From positions 5,884 to 69,883 of the forward strand of contig JAFUXL010000022.1 in the NCBI GenBank assembly GCA_017470905.1: a stretch of 64,000 bases of DNA, read 5' to 3'. A program made the position numbers and the translations under genes. A model generated the notes under the pieces. It saw nothing but the letters and a program-made list of their open reading frames with translations. It did no database searches and had not been told where the DNA came from. This document shows, piece after piece, positions 52,726 to 61,532 of the stretch; position 1 is the first letter of the stretch, and each line of letters opens with the position of its first letter. This stretch comes from Ruminococcus sp. GTDB taxonomy: Bacteria > Bacillota > Clostridia > Oscillospirales > Ruminococcaceae.

Positions 52726-52899
52726 ATGGCAGAAGTTCGTGTCGGTAAGAACGAATCTTTGGATACTGCTCTTAAAAGATTTAAGAGGTCGTGTGCCAAG
52801 GACGGCGTTATTGCTGAAGTTCGTAAGAGAGAACACTACGAAAAACCTTCGGTAAAGCGCAAGAAAAAGTCTGAGGCTGCTCGTAAGCGTAAATATTAA
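52726..52899 (+). CDS. rpsU: 30S ribosomal protein bS21 (below the ORF-track cutoff)
   Basis: [57 protein letters not shown]. Confidence 0.98.
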   Translation: MAEVRVGKNESLDTALKRFKRSCAKDGVIAEVRKREHYEKPSVKRKKKSEAARKRKY

Positions 52900-52927
52900 T
52901 CTTACGGCGATTATGTAAATGTTGATG

Positions 52928-52953
52928 AAAGCGGGTTCCGACCCGCTTTTTTC
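52928..52953 (+). terminator. Terminator after rpsU
   Basis: AAAGCGGGT/ACCCGCTTT plus a T-tract. Confidence 0.85.
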
Positions 52954-52954
52954 A

Positions 52955-53028
52955 ATGCATAATTCATAATGCATAATTCATAATTTTATCGCCTGCGGCG
53001 ATAAAATGAGGGGAGCGGCTCTCCCATT
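52955..53028. repeat. Four heptamers (ATGCATA/ATTCATA), a TGC-loop hairpin and a family-A-like end
   Basis: AATGCATAATTCATAATGCATAATTCATAATTTTATCGCCTGCGGCGATAAAAT. Confidence 0.7.
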
Positions 53029-53052
53029 TAAAATAAGAAAGGACAGGATATT

Positions 53053-53484
53053 ATGATAAAGAAGTTACTCGTTATACATGGTCCAAATCTCAATCTTCTG
53101 GGCGAACGTGAGCCGGGTGTCTACGGAAACGAAAGCATTGACACTCTCAATAACGAAATAATCGACAGGGCTAAAAATAACGGCATGGAATGTGAAATAT
53201 TCCAGTCAAACCATGAGGGCGCAATCATTGACAAGCTCCATGCCGCAAGAACTTCATTTGACGGTGTTATAATAAATGCAGGGGCTTACACGCATTACAG
53301 CTATGCGATAAGAGATGCCATAGCCGCAATAAAAATCCCCGTCATTGAGGTGCATATAAGCAATATTGATGCCCGTGAGGAGTTTCGCTCAAATTCCGTT
53401 ATCGCTCCAGTGTGCAGGGGCAGTATATGCGGACTTGGATTCATGAGCTATTATCTTGCTGTACAGGCTATGAAAGAGATGTGA
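53053..53484 (+). CDS. aroQ: Type II 3-dehydroquinate dehydratase
   Basis: HGPNLNLLGEREPGVYG, QSNHEG and EVHISN motifs. Confidence 0.98.
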   Translation: MIKKLLVIHGPNLNLLGEREPGVYGNESIDTLNNEIIDRAKNNGMECEIFQSNHEGAIIDKLHAARTSFDGVIINAGAYTHYSYAIRDAIAAIKIPVIEVHISNIDAREEFRSNSVIAPVCRGSICGLGFMSYYLAVQAMKEM

Positions 53485-53492
53485 GGCGGATT

Positions 53493-54560
53493 ATGAACAG
53501 GTTTGAAAGACTTTTTGAAGAACTTCCGCACGATGCGGAATGTGCGCTCATAACCTCGGATATAAACCGCAGATATTTCACGGGTATGAAATCCTCGGAC
53601 GGCACTGTAATAGCTTTCCGTGACAAGGCATATCTCATAATTGATTTCAGATACATCGAAAAGGCAAGGGCAAGCGTTAAAAATGCGGAAGTTATCGAAC
53701 AGAAAAAGCTGTATCCCCAGATTGCTGAATTAATCCAGAAGCACGGTGTTTCGGGCATGGCGATAGAGTCACGCACCATGACCGTCAGCCAGCTCAACGG
53801 AATAAGGAATTTTTTCAGAAATATTGATATAAACGATACGGATATGTTAAGCAATGCGATAGATACTCTCAGGTGCTGTAAATCTCAGGAGGAGCTTGAA
53901 TGTATTAAAAAGGCGCAGGAAATAGCGGAAAAAGCCCTCGATGACGTGCTGAAATTCATAAAAGCCGGTGTAACGGAGCGTGAAATTGCCCTCGAACTCA
54001 ATCACAGAATGTTCCTCTATGGTGCAGAGGATTTATCGTTCGAGACGATAGTGCTGTCAGGAGCGAATACCTCCATGCCCCACGGTGTTCCGTCGGATAA
54101 GCCCGTGGAAAACGGCGAATTTGTGCTTATGGATTTCGGTGCGGTATATAACGGCTATCACAGCGATATGACGAGAACGGTATGTGTCGGTCAGCCCACG
54201 GACGAAATGAAAGAGGTCTATAACATAGTACTCGATGCGCAGAATACGGCGATAAAATCCGCTCACGGCGGTATCACGGGCAGAGAGCTTGACGAAACTG
54301 CACGCTCGATAATAGATGATGCAGGCTATGGAGATTATTTCGGACACTCGCTCGGTCACGGCGTTGGTCTTGAAATACATGAAAAACCAAACGCATCGCC
54401 GAATTATATGAACGAATTGAACACAGCCGCAGTCGTTACGGTCGAACCGGGTATCTATATCGAGGGAAAATTCGGTGTCAGAATTGAAGATTTTGTCATT
54501 TTAACCGAAAATGGCTGCGAAAATCTGACTAAATTTCCCAAAAACTTAATTTCTCTGTAA
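53493..54560 (+). CDS. Xaa-Pro aminopeptidase (M24)
   Basis: YHSDMTRT, HSLGHGVGLEIHE and GVRIED motifs. Confidence 0.95.
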   Translation: MNRFERLFEELPHDAECALITSDINRRYFTGMKSSDGTVIAFRDKAYLIIDFRYIEKARASVKNAEVIEQKKLYPQIAELIQKHGVSGMAIESRTMTVSQLNGIRNFFRNIDINDTDMLSNAIDTLRCCKSQEELECIKKAQEIAEKALDDVLKFIKAGVTEREIALELNHRMFLYGAEDLSFETIVLSGANTSMPHGVPSDKPVENGEFVLMDFGAVYNGYHSDMTRTVCVGQPTDEMKEVYNIVLDAQNTAIKSAHGGITGRELDETARSIIDDAGYGDYFGHSLGHGVGLEIHEKPNASPNYMNELNTAAVVTVEPGIYIEGKFGVRIEDFVILTENGCENLTKFPKNLISL

Positions 54561-54641
54561 AATATCGCTTTAGGTATTGCAAAAATTATTGAAATATGGT
54601 AAAATAGATTATTATAATATAAAAATACGGAGGTATTTATA

Positions 54642-55199
54642 ATGATTTCAGCAGGAGATTTCAGAAACGGCGTTACTTTTGAGCTTGACGGACAGGTTGT
54701 ACAGGTTGTCGAGTTTCAGCACGTTAAACCCGGCAAGGGTGCCGCTTTCGTAAGAACCAAGTATAAGAACGTAATCACAGGCTCGGTTGTTGAAACTTCC
54801 TTCAACCCCACTGCAAAATTCCCCACGGCTTTCGTTGAAAGAAAGGATATGCAGTACAGCTACAATGACGGCGACCTCTACTACTTCATGGATATGGAGA
54901 CATATGAGCAGCTCCCCGTCAGCGCATCGGTTCTCGGCGACAACTTCAAATTCGTAAAGGAAGAGATGATTTGTAAAATCCTATCCTATAAGGGCAGCGT
55001 TTTCGGTGTTGAACCGCCCAATTTCGTTGAGCTTGTCGTAACACAGACAGACCCCGGCTTCAAGGGCGATACAGCTACAAATGCGACAAAGCCCGCCGTT
55101 CTCGAAACAGGCGCAGAGATTAAAGTACCGCTTTTCATTGACGAGGGCGAGAAAATCCAGGTTGACACAAGAACGGGCGAATATATGTCAAGAGCATAA
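54642..55199 (+). CDS. efp: Elongation factor P
   Basis: [17 protein letters not shown] and VPLFI motifs. Confidence 0.99.
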   Translation: MISAGDFRNGVTFELDGQVVQVVEFQHVKPGKGAAFVRTKYKNVITGSVVETSFNPTAKFPTAFVERKDMQYSYNDGDLYYFMDMETYEQLPVSASVLGDNFKFVKEEMICKILSYKGSVFGVEPPNFVELVVTQTDPGFKGDTATNATKPAVLETGAEIKVPLFIDEGEKIQVDTRTGEYMSRA

Positions 55200-55222
55200 T
55201 ATCTACGAAAGGGGGGGCTTTT

Positions 55223-55732
55223 ATGAAGCTTACTGAAAAAATGTCGTATTTACAGGGACTTATTGACGGTCTTGAAATTGATAAGTCCACAAAAGAGGGA
55301 AAGGCACTCATTCAGATGTCGGACGTTCTTGCGGAACTCGTTGTCTATGTTGAAGATTTGCAGTCTCAGGTGGACGAACTCACGGAACTCTGCGATATTC
55401 TCGACAAGGACCTCGGAGCGGTAGAGGAAGATTTATATGAAGATGACGGTTTTGTCTGCGGCGATTGCAGGGAATGTCCCGAAGAAGATGAAGAATTTTC
55501 CGATGACTACGATGAGGAAGATGACGAGGATTATGACCTTGAGGACGATGACGAGGAGCTTTATGAAGTTACGTGTCCCTCGTGCGGAGATACTATTTTC
55601 ATTGACGAGGAAATGATTGACGAAGGCTCTATCAATTGTCCCAACTGCAATGAATTCCTTGAATTTGACGTTGACAGTCTCACTATTGAGGACTTTGAAA
55701 ACGAAGACAATTCTGACGAAACAGATGAATAA
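55223..55732 (+). CDS. Acidic zinc-ribbon protein (CD1247-like)
   Basis: MSYLQGLIDGL N-terminus and CPSCG...CPNCN; directly after efp. Confidence 0.8.
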   Translation: MKLTEKMSYLQGLIDGLEIDKSTKEGKALIQMSDVLAELVVYVEDLQSQVDELTELCDILDKDLGAVEEDLYEDDGFVCGDCRECPEEDEEFSDDYDEEDDEDYDLEDDDEELYEVTCPSCGDTIFIDEEMIDEGSINCPNCNEFLEFDVDSLTIEDFENEDNSDETDE

Positions 55733-55736
55733 TTAT

Positions 55737-55804
55737 AAGCGGACGGAAATAATTCCGTCCGCTTTTCTGTACAAAAAAGGCTGCCGCAGCGGCAGCCTTT
55801 TTTT
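55737..55804. terminator. Two tandem hairpins between convergent genes
   Basis: AAGCGGACGGAA/TTCCGTCCGCTT and AAAAAAGGCTGCCG/CGGCAGCCTTTTTT. Confidence 0.8.
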
Positions 55805-56657
55805 AATATCCTGTATTGGGGTCGGTATATCCTGCACCGGGGTCTGCATATCCTGCATTCGGGTCTGAATATCCGGGGTCTGCGTAGCTTGTTCCGGGGT
55901 CTGAATATCCCGGGTCAACATAGCTTGTACCGGGGTCGGAGTATCCGGGGTCAACATAACTTGTACCGGGGTCTGTATAGCCCGTGCCGGGGTCGGAGTA
56001 TCCGGGGTCAGCATAACCTGTACCGGGGTCTGTGTAGCTTGTGCCGGGGTCGGTATAGCCTGTATTTGGTTCGGTATAGCCTGTATTCGGGTCTGTATAA
56101 CTGTAATTGTTATAGTCCGTGTAATTGTTATTGTAGCTGTTGTCCGTATAGCTGTTATTATAGTTATTGTTATAATTATTGTAATTATTGTTTGTGCTGT
56201 TGTCGGTATAGTTATTGTTGTAATTTTCACTCGATTCAAACTGTATGGATTCCGTTGTCGTATCGGGGTTGGTTATCGTGGGGATACGTGAATTTTGCAA
56301 AAATCCCGAACCTGTTGTCACTGCTATATGGTATTCGGTTTTTATCGTTGTTGTAACGGCTGATGCAGCCGCAATGCTTGATACGGCGACTGTGGACGAG
56401 GGTGTGTATTCGGTGGACACGGCGGTTGTGGTGACGGATTCGGCAATTGCCGCAGGTGTCTGACCGTTCGGATTTCCGCCGTTTCTTGCGACAGCCTCTC
56501 TGCCGAGACTTGAAATTATTCTTTCGTTGGGCGTTATGGGGAACATGATGAAGAAAAGAAGAACCACAAAGGTAATCATGACGAAAGTGAGGCATGAAAC
56601 CATTGTAATTTTGGTGGACTGTTTAAGTCCCCCGAAAAATCCTGTAATTTTGCTCAT
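55803..56657 (-). CDS. Membrane-anchored low-complexity protein with an N/Y-rich tract and 15 Yx(D/E)P repeats
   Basis: TM helix, Thr/Ser stalk, NYNNNY tract and YTDPGTG-type repeats. Confidence 0.85.
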   Translation of the reverse strand: MSKITGFFGGLKQSTKITMVSCLTFVMITFVVLLFFIMFPITPNERIISSLGREAVARNGGNPNGQTPAAIAESVTTTAVSTEYTPSSTVAVSSIAAASAVTTTIKTEYHIAVTTGSGFLQNSRIPTITNPDTTTESIQFESSENYNNNYTDNSTNNNYNNYNNNYNNSYTDNSYNNNYTDYNNYSYTDPNTGYTEPNTGYTDPGTSYTDPGTGYADPGYSDPGTGYTDPGTSYVDPGYSDPGTSYVDPGYSDPGTSYADPGYSDPNAGYADPGAGYTDPNTGY

Positions 56658-56817
56658 AAATCACACTCCGTATTATAATTGTTTTATTCCGCAATCTCCG
56701 CAGACGGTGAATACGGATTTCAATGGATATTATAATATATTTTAACGCATATTTCCCGATATGTCAAGAGGGCAGAAGGAGAAATTTCAATGAAAAATCG
56801 GTGATTATTGTGCAGTA

Positions 56818-57537
56818 TTACGGATTTTCCGCAGTATTCCCGGCATTGTCGTCAATTTTGAATGTCAGGTCTGAGGAGGAGTCACCCGTAAGGGAGACAT
56901 CGCCCATGTAATTATTTTTTTCCTTTTCGTGTGCAGAAATCATCCCGCCTGTGACAACAATGTCGCCCATTGAGTCGGAGGCAGTCTTTCTGCGCTGTTC
57001 GGAGGCTATTTTAAATTCGTTCTTGATATTGCTGCTTATTTCGTCGAGGAAATTTTCCGTTTTAAGCTCGTCAAAATAGGGGAAACCGTACTGATTTTCG
57101 AGAAAATGATATTTATTGTTAGCCCACAGTGTAACAGCCGACATTATGAACGTCATGGTAAATATACCCTCCGAAACCATTCCCGAAAGCGATGAAAAAA
57201 GCTTTACGGTCAGTATATTGATTATTAATATCAGCAAAGCAAACAGGATATATTTGTTTTCCTTTTTATATATGCTCAGGTATGCAGGCACGAATGCAGC
57301 AGCCTTGAAGATAATGCCGTCGAGTATTATATCAATCCAGTTGCTGTTGAGGAAACAGAGCTGCACCACACCGTATACGAGCGAAACGGCGGCGGTCATT
57401 CCGTAGATGAATATATAGGCATAGCCGAATAAATTATAGATTGTTTTGCAGGTATTGAGCGATTTTTTGAAATCGCTCGTTTCGTGCCTGTAATTTTCGA
57501 TATTATTTTTCACATAATCACACCCTGAAGGAAACAT
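56818..57537 (-). CDS. Hypothetical membrane protein
   Basis: About 4 TM helices followed by LENQYGFPYF. Confidence 0.75.
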   Translation of the reverse strand: MFPSGCDYVKNNIENYRHETSDFKKSLNTCKTIYNLFGYAYIFIYGMTAAVSLVYGVVQLCFLNSNWIDIILDGIIFKAAAFVPAYLSIYKKENKYILFALLILIINILTVKLFSSLSGMVSEGIFTMTFIMSAVTLWANNKYHFLENQYGFPYFDELKTENFLDEISSNIKNEFKIASEQRRKTASDSMGDIVVTGGMISAHEKEKNNYMGDVSLTGDSSSDLTFKIDDNAGNTAENP

Positions 57538-57586
57538 TTTTGATTTTCAGCATATAATGATGTTGAAGAGGAAATCAATATCAGTA

Positions 57587-58069
57587 TTATACATCGGTTA
57601 TCTTTGTAAGTATGCCTGCATCTGATATATCAATGCAGCCGAACGACGGCGGAAACTCATCATGGGGACATGAACAGCTTCCAGGATTCATTATGTAGAA
57701 GCCGTCCTCATATTTGTTGTATCTTATGTGTGTATGACCGTAGAGTATAATATCGCAGCCCTCTTCCCTGGCATTGCGTTTTATTATATCGAGGTCATTC
57801 TTCACGGCATAGCGATGACCGTGGGCAGCGAATATTTTGTGATTGAGGAGGGGGAGTACGATTTTATCGGGCGCAAGGCTTGAAAAATCGCAGTTTCCTG
57901 CCACACGCAGAATTTTCTGTTCGTATTCCATGTGCATGATGATAAAGCTGTTCAAATCTCTTTCGCCGTCGCCGAGATGAATAAACCAGTCGGCATCGGG
58001 ATTGCGGAGGATAATCTTTTCGACAGCCTTGAAATTTCCGTGTGAGTCCGAGAGTACAATAATTCGCAT
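57587..58069 (-). CDS. YfcE/YsnB family metallophosphoesterase
   Basis: SDSHGN, HLGD, GNCD, HGH, GHTH and NPGS motifs. Confidence 0.95.
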   Translation of the reverse strand: MRIIVLSDSHGNFKAVEKIILRNPDADWFIHLGDGERDLNSFIIMHMEYEQKILRVAGNCDFSSLAPDKIVLPLLNHKIFAAHGHRYAVKNDLDIIKRNAREEGCDIILYGHTHIRYNKYEDGFYIMNPGSCSCPHDEFPPSFGCIDISDAGILTKITDV

Positions 58070-58195
58070 ACAAAACTCCTTTCGTGATTAAAGGGGAAAA
58101 TTTAGGTGTTTGCTCCTGTTTTCGGAGCAAATATATTATATCACATAAGCAGAAAAAAATCAATATCCAAACAAATTTTTTTAACGGAGGTACTT

Positions 58196-58444
58196 ATGAA
58201 CAAGAATAATATCGACTCCGCAAAGCTTGGCGGATTATTAAAGGCTGTAAGCGGAAAGATAGGCGTTCCGCCCGAAAAATTACAGAAGGAGCTTGAGGAG
58301 GGGAAATTCGACACGGCACTTTCAGCCATGAACAAGAACGATGCCGAAAAATTCCGTCAGGCTGTCAATAATCCGAAGATGATAGAAAAAATGATGAGTA
58401 CTCCGCAGGCAAAGGCTCTTTATAAAAAGCTGACGGGTGAATAA
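58196..58444 (+). CDS. Hypothetical protein
   Basis: GGAGG RBS; first gene of a small-gene cluster ending in bofA. Confidence 0.75.
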   Translation: MNKNNIDSAKLGGLLKAVSGKIGVPPEKLQKELEEGKFDTALSAMNKNDAEKFRQAVNNPKMIEKMMSTPQAKALYKKLTGE

Positions 58445-58446
58445 TA

Positions 58447-58770
58447 TTGGATGATACTATGGATAAACTCTCCTCAGTCCTCTCGGACGAGGAGAGCTTA
58501 AAGCAAATCGCAGAGCTTGCACAGATGATGATGTCGGAGGACGGCGGAGAGGAAAATAAAAATATTCCCGATATTTCGTCAATAATGAAACTCGGCGGAA
58601 TTGCAGGGGCTTTTTCGCAGAATGACAGGAACACCGAGCTTCTTCTTGCATTGAAACCTCATTTGAGCGATGAAAGACAGAAAAAGGTTGACAATGCCGT
58701 AAAGATATTAAGGCTTGTTGCGGTATGGAATGCAGCAAAGGAAAGCGGAATTATTGATGAATTATTTTAA
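58447..58770 (+). CDS. Hypothetical protein
   Basis: LLLALKPHLSDERQKKVDNAVKIL helical motif; coupled to the upstream gene. Confidence 0.75.
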   Translation: MDDTMDKLSSVLSDEESLKQIAELAQMMMSEDGGEENKNIPDISSIMKLGGIAGAFSQNDRNTELLLALKPHLSDERQKKVDNAVKILRLVAVWNAAKESGIIDELF

Positions 58771-58820
58771 GCAGGGGCAAAAATCCCCCTGCATATTATT
58801 TCTTTTTCAGGGGGGATACT

Positions 58821-59090
58821 ATGGACAGGCAGCAGATGACAGACGATAACCGCAGCGACTTTGCGCCATACGCAAGATATTCCCATTCCGAAGAGGCGAT
58901 AAGAGCCGATTTGCCGCCGGCACCGCAGGAAAAAAAGAAAGAAAACGGGGGATTTGCCGAACTTCTGAAAAAAATCACGGACGGCGGAAAAGACCCCGAC
59001 AAGCTTCTCATAGCCGCCGTTATTCTCCTGCTCATAAGGGAGGGCGGAGACAAAAAGCTCATACTTGCACTCGGATACATACTTCTCTGA
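58821..59090 (+). CDS. Hypothetical protein
   Basis: C-terminal DKLLIAAVILLL...DKKLILALGYILL. Confidence 0.72.
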   Translation: MDRQQMTDDNRSDFAPYARYSHSEEAIRADLPPAPQEKKKENGGFAELLKKITDGGKDPDKLLIAAVILLLIREGGDKKLILALGYILL

Positions 59091-59104
59091 CGGAGGAAAA
59101 AATT

Positions 59105-59359
59105 ATGGAAACCGAAACCGTGTTTTATGCGATATGTGCCGCCGCCGTTCTGATAATGCTTGAATATTTCAGGCGGCGCAGACGCAGGATATTATCATTT
59201 GTTTTCGGGGCGGCAACGGGACTTATCGCACTCATGCTCGTGAATAAATTCGGCTTTGTGATAGGTGCTGACATACCGCTGAATACTTTCAATATATGCG
59301 GAAGTGCCGTACTCGGTGCGCCCTTTGTGGTCTGTCTCGTTATACTGAATTTTTTATAG
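59105..59359 (+). CDS. bofA: Pro-sigmaK processing inhibitor BofA family protein
   Basis: GLIALMLVN...IPLN...SAVLGAP pattern in a small TM protein. Confidence 0.78.
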   Translation: METETVFYAICAAAVLIMLEYFRRRRRRILSFVFGAATGLIALMLVNKFGFVIGADIPLNTFNICGSAVLGAPFVVCLVILNFL

Positions 59360-59377
59360 AAATTTTAAGTATGTGCT

Positions 59378-59557
59378 GTAATTGAGAAAATTTAAAAATA
59401 CTGTTTCCTCCGCCGCAGGCGGAGGAAACAGGAATAAAATATAAAAATTTTTTTGCGTTATTTCAAAATGCTCATTTATGAAATATAAAAAATATAATAA
59501 AAATACTATTCCCTCTCCGCAGGCGGTGGGAAACAAAGAAAAAATACATAAATTTTT
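59378..59557 (-). mobile_element. Family B copies 9 (59378-59477, both TIRs) and 10 (partial) in tandem
   Basis: Hairpins TGTTTCCTCCGCC-GCA-GGCGGAGGAAACA and TTCCCTCTCC-GCA-GGCGGTGGGAA; end TTTCAAAATGCTCATTT. Confidence 0.78.
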
Positions 59558-59645
59558 ATAAAAATTTTAGGAAAATACTTGAAATTTTATTCCGAATATG
59601 GTAAAATATAATTGTATAAATTTGCGGCGGCAGGAGGTGCAGCAT

Positions 59646-60908
59646 ATGAATATTATTGATATAATAAACAAAACAAAAAATTTAATCCCCCTCACGGACG
59701 GTGAAATTACATGGCTCGTCAGCAGCTACACAAACGGCGAAATCCCCGATTACCAGATGTCGGCATGGCTTATGGCGGTATGCCTCAACGGTCTGACAGA
59801 GGAAGAAACCGTTTCCCTTACGCTTGCTATGCGTGACAGCGGAGGAAAACTCGACCTGAGCAGTATAAACAGCATAACAGCGGACAAGCACAGCACGGGC
59901 GGAGTCGGCGACAAGACAAGCCTTATCGTGGGACCTGCTGCGGCAGCCTGCGGAATTGCCGTGCCGAAAATGTCGGGCAGGGGTCTCGGCCATACGGGCG
60001 GAACCATCGACAAGCTCGAAAGCATTCACGGCTACAGAACCGAACTCTCCGAAAAGGAATTTTTCAATATCGTCAACGAGACGGGATTTTCTATAATATC
60101 CCAGAGCGGAAGTCTCTGTCCTGCGGATAAGAAAATTTATTCCCTGCGCAATTCAAGCGGCACGGTTGACAGCATACCCCTCATATGTTCAAGCATAATG
60201 AGCAAAAAGCTTGCCCTCAATGCCGACTGCATACTCCTCGATGTGAAATGCGGTTCGGGTGCGTTCATGAAAACCTCCGAAGATGCCGACAGGCTCGCAA
60301 GGCTCATGGAAAAGGTCGGAACTGCCGCAGGCAAAAAATGCCGTGCGCTCGTCACGGATATGGACAGCCCCCTTGGAAATAATATCGGAAATGCCCTCGA
60401 AGTCAGGGAAGCCGTTGAGATATTGCAGGGAAAGAGAAAGGGCAGGCTCTACGATATATGCATTGAGCTTACCGCAAATATGCTACAGCTCTGCGGTAAG
60501 GGGAATATCGGGGAATGCTCCGAAATGGCACGCAATGCAATAGCCTCGGGCAAGGCACTCGAAGTTTTCAGGGAAACCATACGTATGCACGGCGGAGATG
60601 AGAGAATATGCGATGATGTTTCGCTCCTGCCGCAGGCACGCTTCAGCCATACGATAAGGGCATCGAGAGATGTTAAAATCGTTTCCGTTGATAGTCAGGA
60701 GCTTGGCATGGCATCGCTTCTCCTAGGGGCAGGACGCATAAACAAGGACGATGATATCGACATGACGGCAGGTATAGTCATGGAGTGCGAAAAGGGCGAC
60801 AATATCTCGATACACGCTCCGCTTATGACGCTTTATTCAACTGTGTGCAGTGATTTTTCGGCGGCGGCTATGAGAGCATTGCAGGCTCTTGAACTTGTGA
60901 GCATATAA
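59646..60908 (+). CDS. pdp: Pyrimidine-nucleoside phosphorylase
   Basis: DKHSTGGVGDK, KMSGRGLGHTGGTIDKLE and SSIMSKK motifs. Confidence 0.96.
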   Translation: MNIIDIINKTKNLIPLTDGEITWLVSSYTNGEIPDYQMSAWLMAVCLNGLTEEETVSLTLAMRDSGGKLDLSSINSITADKHSTGGVGDKTSLIVGPAAAACGIAVPKMSGRGLGHTGGTIDKLESIHGYRTELSEKEFFNIVNETGFSIISQSGSLCPADKKIYSLRNSSGTVDSIPLICSSIMSKKLALNADCILLDVKCGSGAFMKTSEDADRLARLMEKVGTAAGKKCRALVTDMDSPLGNNIGNALEVREAVEILQGKRKGRLYDICIELTANMLQLCGKGNIGECSEMARNAIASGKALEVFRETIRMHGGDERICDDVSLLPQARFSHTIRASRDVKIVSVDSQELGMASLLLGAGRINKDDDIDMTAGIVMECEKGDNISIHAPLMTLYSTVCSDFSAAAMRALQALELVSI

Positions 60909-61015
60909 TGTGAAAATTTATTGAAAATTATTTCATAATTCAGAAAAACTGTTGACTGAAACTTTTTTCTGTGGTATAATCTGTATGTAAAATTTTTTTG
61001 ACGGAGGTCATAGCT

Positions 61016-61525
61016 ATGGGATTTATGGATAAAGTCAAGGATTTCGCCGACAAAGCAAGCGACTCAGTGATGAAAGGCGCAAAAAATGCTTCGGACGGAG
61101 TTAAGAAGCTTCAGGAAAAATCGGATTACAAGAGAAAAATATCCGTCTGCGAGTCCGAAATTAAGGACGCTTATGTTGAAATCGGCAGAAGATATTTCGA
61201 GGCTAACCCCGAAAGCGCAGAATTTTCTGAACTCTATCAGATAATCATTGACAATAACGCAAAGATGAATGAATACAAGGAACAGCTTGCGGCAATGGAC
61301 GACAAGGCTTCCTGCCCCTCATGCGGCGCAAGTATCGCCAAGGATGCGAAATTCTGCGACAAGTGCGGCGCAAGAATAGAAACACCCGTTGAAATTCAGA
61401 CCGAAGCAAAGCCTGTTTCAAAATTCTGTTCGGAGTGCGGTGCGCCTTTGTCAGACGGCTCAAAATTCTGCGAGACGTGCGGAACTCCTGTCGAAGAGGA
61501 AAAGACAGACGGCGAAAATTTATGA
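61016..61525 (+). CDS. Double zinc-ribbon domain protein
   Basis: N-terminal amphipathic/coiled-coil region and four CxxCG motifs. Confidence 0.85.
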   Translation: MGFMDKVKDFADKASDSVMKGAKNASDGVKKLQEKSDYKRKISVCESEIKDAYVEIGRRYFEANPESAEFSELYQIIIDNNAKMNEYKEQLAAMDDKASCPSCGASIAKDAKFCDKCGARIETPVEIQTEAKPVSKFCSECGAPLSDGSKFCETCGTPVEEEKTDGENL

Positions 61526-61532
61526 TTGATTT

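Noticed and set aside
55810-56100. Short near-identical repeats that resemble a CRISPR array
   Set aside because: They are 15/21-bp in-frame coding repeats with no unique spacers, and no cas genes are present.
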